NCBI RefSeq assembly: GCF_046293155.1
Contig: NZ_JBKBPQ010000014.1
Direction: 5' to 3' (one strand)
DNA length: 64,000 nt
Origin: Allosphingosinicella sp.
Lineage (GTDB): Bacteria; Pseudomonadota; Alphaproteobacteria; Sphingomonadales; Sphingomonadaceae
Below the pieces are notes generated by a model. The model searched no databases and was not told the DNA's origin. It saw only the letters and a program-made list of their open reading frames with translations. Positions 45,291 to 53,096 of the stretch are shown here, piece after piece; positions within the stretch are counted from its first letter, which is position 1; the number at the start of each line of letters is the position of its first letter. Made by a program: the position numbers and the translations under genes.

Positions 45291-45965
45291 ATGACGACCA
45301 CCACCTTCAACCACTGGCGCGACGTGCCGACCGCCCGCTGGCGCTGGAAGAACTTCTCGCCTGCGGAGATCGCCTGCCGCGGCAGCGGTAGCTTGCGCAT
45401 CCACGAGGAGGCGCTCGACAAGCTGCAAGCCCTTCGCGATCGGCTGGGCAAGCCGCTGATCGTTCGCTCGGCCTACCGCAGCCCGGCGCACAACCGCGCC
45501 GTCGGCGGAGCGGCGCGCTCGAAGCATCTCGACGGCACGGCCTTCGACATCGCCATGACGAATCACGACCCGGTGGCGTTCGAGGCAGCGGCGCGCGAGG
45601 TGGGGTTCCTCGGGTTCGGCTTCTACCCGCGCTCCGGGTTCATCCATATCGACCTCGGGCCCGCACGGCAGTGGGGCGAACGGTTTCCGGTGCGGGCGAC
45701 GGCGTTCGCGGCAGAAATCCCGCTCGCGCGCGAGGCACTGGCCGACAGCCGCACCATGAAGGGCGGTGGAGCGGCTGGCGTGGCGACGTTGGGTGCTGCG
45801 GGCGTGGAGGTCGCGCAGAGCGTCCTGGCCGAGACCCAGTCCGCCATCCTGCCGCTCGTGCCGTATCTCGACACGGTTCGCTGGGTGTTCATCGCGGTCG
45901 CCCTCGGCGGCATCGCGGTCACGGTCTACGCGCGTCTCGACGACTGGAAGCGGGGGCGGCGATGA
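45291..45965 (+). CDS. Peptidase M15A-type endolysin with C-terminal TM anchor
   Basis: SAYRSPAHNRAVGGAARSKHLDGTAFDI ... GFIHIDLG zinc D-Ala-D-Ala carboxypeptidase motifs. C-terminal WVFIAVALGGIAVTVYA. Confidence 0.85.
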   Translation: MTTTTFNHWRDVPTARWRWKNFSPAEIACRGSGSLRIHEEALDKLQALRDRLGKPLIVRSAYRSPAHNRAVGGAARSKHLDGTAFDIAMTNHDPVAFEAAAREVGFLGFGFYPRSGFIHIDLGPARQWGERFPVRATAFAAEIPLAREALADSRTMKGGGAAGVATLGAAGVEVAQSVLAETQSAILPLVPYLDTVRWVFIAVALGGIAVTVYARLDDWKRGRR

Positions 45966-46219
45966 TCGGCGGGCTCCTCACCGGGATCGCCACGAGCCCA
46001 TGGATGCGGGCGGCGCTGCGCTACGGAGCCATCGCCCTCGCCGTTGTCCTGTTCCTGCTCGCGCTCCGGCGTTCTGGTGAGCGTGCCGGCCGCCTCGCCG
46101 AACGCCTCGAAATTATGGAGAAGGCCAATGACGTCCAACGCCAGATGCTCGACGCTGCGGCTCGCCGTCCTCGCGATCGCGATGAGCTTGCTGGGCGGCT
46201 GCGCGACGGGCGGTTCTGA
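45962..46219 (+). CDS. i-spanin-like protein
   Basis: N-terminal TM segment then a charged helical region. ATGA overlap with the endolysin stop. Confidence 0.55.
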   Translation: MIGGLLTGIATSPWMRAALRYGAIALAVVLFLLALRRSGERAGRLAERLEIMEKANDVQRQMLDAAARRPRDRDELAGRLRDGRF

Positions 46220-46388
46220 ACCGAGGATCGTCACGGTCTGCCCACCTGTTGTGGAGTACAGCCGCGAGTTCCAGGCCCGCGCTGCCGACGAACTTGATCT
46301 GCTGCCTGACGGGTCGGCGATCGCCGAGATGCTGAACGACTACGCCGTATTGCGGAATCAAGCTCAGGCTTGTCCGCGCAACAGCTAA
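46128..46388 (+). CDS. o-spanin-like lipoprotein, overlapping the i-spanin gene
   Basis: Lipobox LLGGC in the signal peptide MTSNARCSTLRLAVLAIAMSLLGGC. Starts inside the preceding gene in another frame. Confidence 0.6.
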   Translation: MTSNARCSTLRLAVLAIAMSLLGGCATGGSEPRIVTVCPPVVEYSREFQARAADELDLLPDGSAIAEMLNDYAVLRNQAQACPRNS

Positions 46389-46394
46389 GAATGC

Positions 46395-46853
46395 TCAGGC
46401 ACCATTCCACCATGAGTACGCGCCGACAATAAAGATGTAGCGCGCGCCCTTGCCGATTGAGACCAGCAAGACAAAACGCAGCAAGCCCACGCGTAATGCA
46501 CCGGCGACCACGGTCAGCGGATCGCCGATGACGGGCAGCCAAGACAGAAGCAACGACCAGATCCCGTAACGAGCATACCAATCGGTCGCACGTCGGTATG
46601 ACTGATCATCGACCGGGAACCAGCGGCGATCGCGGAATGCCGAGAAGCACCTGCCGAGTACCCAATTGACCAGCGATCCGAGCACATTGCCTGCCGTCGC
46701 GACAACAACCAAGGTCGCAGCCTCACCGCGTCCCATCACCAAGAGCGTCAGGAGCGCGGCCTCGGAAGACCCCGGCAGGAGGGTCGCCGAAGTGAACGCG
46801 CTTACGAAGAGGGCGGCATAGGCGGCAAGATCGGTTCCATTGTCTGCGACCAA
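46395..46853 (-). CDS. yqaA: YqaA/DedA-like membrane protein
   Basis: FVSAFTSATLLPGSSEAALLTLL and LLSWLPVIGDPLTVVAGAL motifs. Confidence 0.75.
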   Translation of the reverse strand: MVADNGTDLAAYAALFVSAFTSATLLPGSSEAALLTLLVMGRGEAATLVVVATAGNVLGSLVNWVLGRCFSAFRDRRWFPVDDQSYRRATDWYARYGIWSLLLSWLPVIGDPLTVVAGALRVGLLRFVLLVSIGKGARYIFIVGAYSWWNGA

Positions 46854-46898
46854 TTTGGTGAATATTTTTGCACGGCGCCAACTGCCTTCGCCGCGAAC

Positions 46899-47372
46899 TC
46901 AGCGGGGCGGGTCACTTCGCCGATTGATTTCCGCCTGTCGCGCCTGGATCACTGGTGGCCATCGACTCTTGATAAATGCGAGCACGGCCCAGATTTCATC
47001 GTCGGTCAGTCTGTCCCCATAGGCAGGCATGTCGCTCTCGTAGCCGGGCACGAGGGCCGCGACGCCGTCTTTGGTGATGCGAAACAGGACTTCGTCCGCG
47101 TGATGCCACGTGTGTCCGGTTTCATCGTGAGGAGGAGCGGGCAGACGGCCGTCGGACCGGCGGCTCTGCCAATCCGGCTGCCCCTCCAGATTCGTTCCGT
47201 GACAGGCGGCACAGTGTTCGCTGTAGACCCGTTCGCCCAACGCCACCTGGTTAAGGTCCGTCGGATCGGCCCGAACTGATGACGGCTGCTGACCAATCCA
47301 GCCGAGGAAGACGGCGACGAGCACCAGAGCAACGGCCGATCCAGTCCCGATGAGAATCGTCGTCCGCTTCAC
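46899..47372 (-). CDS. c-type cytochrome
   Basis: CAACH haem-binding motif and an N-terminal TM/signal segment. GTG start overlapping the upstream stop. Confidence 0.85.
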   Translation of the reverse strand: MKRTTILIGTGSAVALVLVAVFLGWIGQQPSSVRADPTDLNQVALGERVYSEHCAACHGTNLEGQPDWQSRRSDGRLPAPPHDETGHTWHHADEVLFRITKDGVAALVPGYESDMPAYGDRLTDDEIWAVLAFIKSRWPPVIQARQAEINRRSDPPR

Positions 47373-48253
47373 GGTGCTCCGAGCCGACGCCAGGTCCGGC
47401 CTCCGTCATCGCTGGTCAAGAGCTCGTTGTTCTGTGTTGAAGCGAACTGGCGCGATGCATTAGCGGGATCGGCAGCGAAGTGCAGCAGGTAACTGTCACC
47501 GAAGTCGTTGCTCAAAGCTTGCCAGGCGAGAGATGGCTCCTCTGCGCGCAGCAGGCCGCTGCCGAGCATGAACGCGTAAATCCATCCGTCCGACGCCGCT
47601 TCGATCATACTGGCCGGGCGGCGCAAGAGGTGGGCCGGCTGCCAGCTGCGGCCGCTGTCCTCGCTGACCAGGAGCCCCTGTTGTGTCGCGGCGTAGAGAC
47701 GCGCCGCATCAGTGGAAGAGGCGGCGATATCGATCAGGCCTTGCGGCGCCGGCCCGACGAGGGCCCAAGTTCTCCCGCCGTCGTGACTGACCTGGAGTCC
47801 CCCATGCACTCCGTAGATCACGCTCGGATCCGCCTTGCTGACGTCCATTTGATGAAAATCGACAGGTCCGCCGATGCCCGGTGACTGCATTGTCCAGGTC
47901 TTGCCGCCATCCGTCGATGCGAGGAAGCCGAGGTTGCCGCCGCGTGCCGGATGGCCACTCGCGTAGAGCCTTGTCGCATCGGTCGGGTGCGGCGTGAAAC
48001 CCATGAAGTCGTCCGGACGCTCAGAGACAAGTTCAACCGTTGCTGTATCGAGGCGCAGCACATGCAAGCCATGATGCGTGGCGATAAGCAGACGGTTGCT
48101 GTTGGCGCGATCGACTGCAAGCCCGTGAATGTGGGTGGATCGCAAGAGTTCGGTCAGCGGCATGTCCCGTTGCGCCTGAGCGGGTGCGACAAGGAAGAGC
48201 GCAGCAGCCACGAGCAGCATGGGGGAAACGTACCTTAACGGAAAAATAATCAT
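47369..48253 (-). CDS. BNR/Asp-box repeat beta-propeller protein (Ycf48/sialidase-like)
   Basis: Four SxDxGxTW boxes (STDGGKTW, SHDGGRTW, SEDSGRSW, SDDGGRTW) and a signal peptide. Confidence 0.75.
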   Translation of the reverse strand: MIIFPLRYVSPMLLVAAALFLVAPAQAQRDMPLTELLRSTHIHGLAVDRANSNRLLIATHHGLHVLRLDTATVELVSERPDDFMGFTPHPTDATRLYASGHPARGGNLGFLASTDGGKTWTMQSPGIGGPVDFHQMDVSKADPSVIYGVHGGLQVSHDGGRTWALVGPAPQGLIDIAASSTDAARLYAATQQGLLVSEDSGRSWQPAHLLRRPASMIEAASDGWIYAFMLGSGLLRAEEPSLAWQALSNDFGDSYLLHFAADPANASRQFASTQNNELLTSDDGGRTWRRLGAP

Positions 48254-48702
48254 GGTGCGTCTTTCCGAGGTGCCGTCCACCAGAAGGCAAGGACCGGCAG
48301 CACGATCCATTGGGCGACGGGTGACAGACCGGCGCCGATCACAGGGATGACTGGCATCAGGTCACGATAGGCCCAGGCTGCCCGAACCTCGATGTTGAGC
48401 CACTCGCTGAAGATCGTGTAGCCGATGCCGATCAGAACGGTGGCGAGCGCTACACGACGGTAGCCCACATGCGGCCACCGGCTATTTCCCAATAGGAATA
48501 ACGCGGCCACGAGAGCGGTCACCGAGATCAGAATGTCGCCACCGGTGCAGTGAACGGCTGCAAATACGATCTCGCGCGGACTGCCGGTTTCCCACAGCAT
48601 GTAGAGCGGCATATGGGCGAATTCCCAAATGAGATTCCCAACCGCCATGGCGATCAAGTAACGCCGGAGCACGTTCAGCCAGCCTGTTTCGACTGCGACC
48701 AT
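48250..48702 (-). CDS. Integral membrane protein, unknown function
   Basis: Multiple hydrophobic helices. Its start shares one nt with the upstream stop. Confidence 0.5.
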   Translation of the reverse strand: MVAVETGWLNVLRRYLIAMAVGNLIWEFAHMPLYMLWETGSPREIVFAAVHCTGGDILISVTALVAALFLLGNSRWPHVGYRRVALATVLIGIGYTIFSEWLNIEVRAAWAYRDLMPVIPVIGAGLSPVAQWIVLPVLAFWWTAPRKDAP

Positions 48703-50240
48703 CACGACGAAATCTCGACTTCGATGATGTCCGGGCTTCTTCGCGCATATTCCAAAGCATAAGCCAGCTCGCCCGAGGACTCGGCGTGGATATCGAGCAT
48801 CACCTGGCCTTTGTCGATCTCCTGGCCGAGGCTCACATTTATGAAGACACCCGCAGCCTTGGCCTCCGGTGCGCCAGCGAGCTTGGCGAGGCGCGCGAGC
48901 TTGCGGTTGTTGATGTGAACGATGCGTCCGGCACGCGGCGCGGTCAGTGGATGAACATGGGGCGCCTTCGGCGGCGTTCGCATTCCCCCCTGCGCCTCGC
49001 ATATGGCCTGGAACTTCTTCCACGCTCGACCGTCCGCAAGGATCGCGAGCGCCGCTGTTATTCCTTCCCCGCTGGCGACCTTCCCGCCGATCTCCAGGGC
49101 GGCGCCAGCCAATGTCGCCGACCGTCTGCGCAAATCATCGGGTGCATCCGGCGCGTCCCTGAGGACCGCGAGGACATCGAGCGCTTCCAGGGCGGGGCCT
49201 ATTCCGCGACCGACCGGTTGCGATCCGTCGGTCAGGATGCAATTGGCCGACAGACCAAAGCGCGACGCGACCGCGCTGATCCGATCCGCAAGGTGGCGCG
49301 CTGTCGCCTCGCTGCGGACCTTGGCGGTCGGTCCGACCGGAATGTCGATGACGACGTGAGTCGAACCGGCCGCGATCTTCTTGGACAGGACAGACGCGAT
49401 GAGCTGTCCCTCGGTATCGACATCCAGCTCGCGCTCTATGCGAACGAAAATATCATCGGCAGGGCTGAGATGCATCGCCCCACCCCAGGTGATGCAGCCG
49501 CCTTCGGCGTCCACCACGCGTCGGAGCGTCGCGATATCGAGGTCGACCGGAGCAAGTGTCTCCATGGCATCCGCGGTACCCGCTGGTGAGGTGATCGCAC
49601 GCGACGAAGTCTTGGGGATGACGAGCCCGTGGGCAGCAACAATCGCGACGACGATCGGAGTGGTACGGTTACCAGGAAGTCCGCCGATGCAATGCTTGTC
49701 GACCACGATCGGGGAATCCCAACCCAAGCGCTCGCCGACCTCGACCATGGCGCCCGTCAGATCGACGGTCTCCTGTTCGTCGAGCGGAAGAGCCGCGCTC
49801 GCCGTCAGGAAGGCCGCCAGATGAACATCCGTATAGCGGCGTGCGGCAACGTCCTTGACAATCGACCCGACAGCGTGCGCGTCGAGCCGGTTCCCGTAGA
49901 TCCGGCGGCGGATGCTGGCGAGGGATTCGAGCGTCGGCGCATGCGTGACGGTAACCTGCGCGTCCTCGTCGACGCCCAGGATCTGCCACGCGGTCTCTGT
50001 CAGGGCGATCTGGTCGATGGCGAGCAGATCGTCCCCTTCTATCTGGAACAGGGTTGCCTGCATCTCCCGCCCGTTGCTCGAAACCAGCACCTGCGATCTG
50101 GAAGCAAGACCTTCAGATCGGCAGACATGGCAGTCGGTCCGCATGATGACCACCGCCTGGTGCTGCGTGTGCAGGCGAAGACGTTTGGCGCGGAGCGGCG
50201 GTGGACCGGAGAATTCGGTCGATGTGTGACTTTGAATCAT
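48702..50240 (-). CDS. Thymidine phosphorylase family protein (AMP-phosphorylase-like subgroup)
   Basis: VDKHCIGGLPGNRTTPIVVAIVAA and TSSRAITSPAGTADAMETL motifs, plus the extra N-terminal domain. Confidence 0.85.
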   Translation of the reverse strand: MIQSHTSTEFSGPPPLRAKRLRLHTQHQAVVIMRTDCHVCRSEGLASRSQVLVSSNGREMQATLFQIEGDDLLAIDQIALTETAWQILGVDEDAQVTVTHAPTLESLASIRRRIYGNRLDAHAVGSIVKDVAARRYTDVHLAAFLTASAALPLDEQETVDLTGAMVEVGERLGWDSPIVVDKHCIGGLPGNRTTPIVVAIVAAHGLVIPKTSSRAITSPAGTADAMETLAPVDLDIATLRRVVDAEGGCITWGGAMHLSPADDIFVRIERELDVDTEGQLIASVLSKKIAAGSTHVVIDIPVGPTAKVRSEATARHLADRISAVASRFGLSANCILTDGSQPVGRGIGPALEALDVLAVLRDAPDAPDDLRRRSATLAGAALEIGGKVASGEGITAALAILADGRAWKKFQAICEAQGGMRTPPKAPHVHPLTAPRAGRIVHINNRKLARLAKLAGAPEAKAAGVFINVSLGQEIDKGQVMLDIHAESSGELAYALEYARRSPDIIEVEISS

Positions 50241-51595
50241 AGGTTGAACACCTGATCCTGCCGGGGGACGGTTGCGTCCCATCCGAGATCTCTGTCGATG
50301 CGCACGCGCAGGGCCTCGCCGGCGTCAGACTCCCCATGAACAATGAAGGTGCGCGCAGGCGCGTGGCGGAATCCGGAAAGCCACCGCATCAGCTCATTCG
50401 AGTCTCCGTGCGCCGAGAGAGCGGGCAGATCGGCGAGCTCTGCCACAACCGGTATCCACTGTCCGTGAATCTTGACCTCGCGGGCGCCCTGCAGCATGGC
50501 CCGTCCACGCGTGCCGGCGGCTTGAAAGCCGGAAAACAGGATGGTGTTCTTCTGATCGGGTGCAAAGGCTTTGAGGTGGTGGAGAACACGGCCACCGGTT
50601 GCCATGCCGCTGGCCGAGATCACCACCTTCGGATACGGGTTCGCGGTAATTGCCTTGGAGCCTTCGACGTCCCTTGTATAGGTGGCGATCCCGCAGATCG
50701 CGTCGCATTCCTCCGGCGAAAGCCGGTGATCGTCGCGATGGGCGTGAAGCAGGTCCGTCGCGCTGATCGCCATCGGGCTGTCGAGATAAATTGGGACTTT
50801 TGAAAGCCGGCCCCCCGACCTCAGCTGCCATAGATGATAAAGCAGCGACTGCGCCCGGCCGACCGCGAAGGCCGGGATCACGACGGTCCCGCCGCGTCGA
50901 ACCGTGCGCTCGACAACGGACCCCAGCAGCTCCGTTGGATCGCCCGGTTCATGGGTGCGGTCGCCGTAAGTCGATTCAATGACGACGTAGTCGGCCTCGG
51001 ATACCGGTTCCGGGTCATGCATCACGGGATCGCCGTAGCGGCCGAGATCACCCGAAAAGACGATGCGTTTGCCGCCCCAGTCGATATCGGCGGTGGCAGC
51101 ACCCAGGATATGGCCCGCACGCCTGAACATCAGGCTCGCCCCGCCCGGAAGTTTGACTACGTTGCCAAACGGCACTGCCGAGAAGCGTTCGAGCGCGCGT
51201 TCCGCATCGTGAACGCCATAGAGCGGCAGAGCAGGTTTGTGTTTGGAGAAGCCTTTCCGGTTAGCATACTCCGCATCCTTTTCCTGGAGATATCCGCTGT
51301 CCTTGAGGATCAGCTCTGCAACATCGCGGGTCGCGTCCGAGGCGAAGATGTTGCCGCGGAAGCCGTCCCTCACGAGCTTCGGCAAATAGCCGGAATGGTC
51401 GAGATGCGCGTGCGTCAGAACGACGGCATCAATGCTCGAGGGCTTGACTGACAAAGGCGTCCAGTTCAGTTCACGCAGATTCTTGAGGCCCTGGAAGAGG
51501 CCGCAGTCGATCAGGATCCGCTTACCATCATGGGTGAGCAGATGTTTCGAGCCGGTGACGGTGCCAGCACCGCCGAGAGATGTGAGTGTGAGCAC
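50237..51595 (-). CDS. MBL-fold beta-CASP hydrolase (RNA-metabolising family)
   Basis: LTHAHLDHSGYLP motif, overall length, and a beta-CASP C-terminal region. Confidence 0.88.
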   Translation of the reverse strand: MLTLTSLGGAGTVTGSKHLLTHDGKRILIDCGLFQGLKNLRELNWTPLSVKPSSIDAVVLTHAHLDHSGYLPKLVRDGFRGNIFASDATRDVAELILKDSGYLQEKDAEYANRKGFSKHKPALPLYGVHDAERALERFSAVPFGNVVKLPGGASLMFRRAGHILGAATADIDWGGKRIVFSGDLGRYGDPVMHDPEPVSEADYVVIESTYGDRTHEPGDPTELLGSVVERTVRRGGTVVIPAFAVGRAQSLLYHLWQLRSGGRLSKVPIYLDSPMAISATDLLHAHRDDHRLSPEECDAICGIATYTRDVEGSKAITANPYPKVVISASGMATGGRVLHHLKAFAPDQKNTILFSGFQAAGTRGRAMLQGAREVKIHGQWIPVVAELADLPALSAHGDSNELMRWLSGFRHAPARTFIVHGESDAGEALRVRIDRDLGWDATVPRQDQVFNL

Positions 51596-51731
51596 GGTGG
51601 TTCTCTATCGCGAGTTGGGGTGATTGTGCTTTGTGCCGGCGCTTCCGCTGAGGCGACGTCCGGAGCGATGCCGTTCGGCTGGCGCGGTGAAAGTGGCGGG
51701 GCAGATCGCCAGGCGTCTTGCAGTGAGTTGC

Positions 51732-52037
51732 CTAGGAGAAGACCCTGAAACCGAGCACGACGGCCAAGCCGGCCAGGATAAGCCAACATGACCAGTAGAG
51801 CGCCTTCATCCAGACGGCTTCCGGTCGTCCGAGATCGCGCTCGGTCACGTGCTTGTCGTACATGCCCCATCCATGCATCAGGGCTCCCGTGACCACCACG
51901 TACAGAGCCAGATCGGCAATGTAAGGTGCGGCCATCGCTCCCAGCCCAAAGCCGAGGAGGCCAGCACCAAAGGAAGACGCCAGTTCTGCTCGTTTCAACC
52001 GAGAATTGGACGCCACAGCGGGTTCGGGTTGCTTCAC
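51732..52037 (-). CDS. Small three-TM membrane protein
   Basis: Hydrophobic 101-aa ORF. Confidence 0.45.
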   Translation of the reverse strand: MKQPEPAVASNSRLKRAELASSFGAGLLGFGLGAMAAPYIADLALYVVVTGALMHGWGMYDKHVTERDLGRPEAVWMKALYWSCWLILAGLAVVLGFRVFS

Positions 52038-52064
52038 TGGCGGTTCTCCTGCGGGGCTTTGGCA

Positions 52065-53096
52065 TCATCGACCGGCCGTCCACGGTGGAGCATCGCTGGC
52101 TGGAAAGGAGTCGAGGCCTGCGCGCTCCACTTCATCGAGTGGTTCGGGTGGACGACGATGACGAATGATGTCCTCTTGGCTTTCTTCGGCGGATGCGATC
52201 GCCCCAGCGATAAGCGGCGCAAGCCGGACAGCGTTGCTCTCATGCGGAATGGAATCGCTTGAGACGATCCGGTCGGCAAGCGCCTTCAGCCTCTGATAGG
52301 AATCATCCGCGAACACACCGTGGACAACCGCGCAGAGGGGTCTCTGGAAGCCGCCGAGCGGCAGTTTCCGGGCGGCTTCGATCAGGGTGTGTCCGGACGA
52401 AGCGATGTCGTCGATAAGGATTGGACGGTGAGCTTTCCATTGCGAAAGGTCCGGGAGCTCAACATCGACGCTGCGATCACCGTGCCGAACCTTGCGTAGC
52501 ACGGCATAAGGCGCGCCTATGCGGTTGGCGATGGCAGAGACCCACTGTTCGCTTTCCTCATCGGGCCCAATGACCAGAGGCCTCTCGATCTCGGCGGCAA
52601 TCCAGTCGGCGAGCAGCGGTGCGGCGTGCAACGTGAGAGTAGGAATCGTGTAGAGTTCCGCGAGTGCGGAGTAGCGATGGAGGTGCGGATCGACCGTCAC
52701 CAGCCGGTCGAAGCTCGAAGACAGAAGTCGCGCAAATGTTTTTGACGTTATGGCCTCGCCAAGCTGGAAGCGTCGATCCTGGCGCATATAGGAGAGATAG
52801 GGCGCGATCAGCGCGACCTCGCGTGCTCCAAGGGCGCGGACAGCATCCGCGGCAAAGACGAGCCGTAGGAAGCCGTCATCTGGCCGAGCGAGCGTGCAGA
52901 CGAGGTACACCGGCCGATCAGCGACATCGGAAAGAACCCGGACATACGTCTCTCCGTCGGGGAAGCGCCGAGTTTCAAGCGCGCCCAGCTCCCATCTGCC
53001 TGCCTCGACCAGCCGGCGGGCGAATATTTCGTTGCCCGGAAGCGGAAGAATCACTCGCCTATCGGAATTGGCGGACGCTCGAAGATTGCTGCTCAT
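52065..53096 (-). CDS. Ribose-phosphate pyrophosphokinase-like phosphoribosyltransferase
   Basis: RRFPDGETYVRV, VTVDPHLH and the PRPP loop ILIDDIASSGHT. The ATG overlaps the ATPase stop. Confidence 0.85.
   Translation of the reverse strand: MSSNLRASANSDRRVILPLPGNEIFARRLVEAGRWELGALETRRFPDGETYVRVLSDVADRPVYLVCTLARPDDGFLRLVFAADAVRALGAREVALIAPYLSYMRQDRRFQLGEAITSKTFARLLSSSFDRLVTVDPHLHRYSALAELYTIPTLTLHAAPLLADWIAAEIERPLVIGPDEESEQWVSAIANRIGAPYAVLRKVRHGDRSVDVELPDLSQWKAHRPILIDDIASSGHTLIEAARKLPLGGFQRPLCAVVHGVFADDSYQRLKALADRIVSSDSIPHESNAVRLAPLIAGAIASAEESQEDIIRHRRPPEPLDEVERAGLDSFPASDAPPWTAGR

Larger units (their letters stand above)
4390..46388. mobile_element. Integrated prophage, about 42 kb (serine-recombinase integrase, lambda-like head, RcGTA-like tail)
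   Basis: Contiguous integrase, early, replication, packaging, head, tail and lysis modules. Boundaries are inferred from gene content only; the att sites were not identified. Confidence 0.85.
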
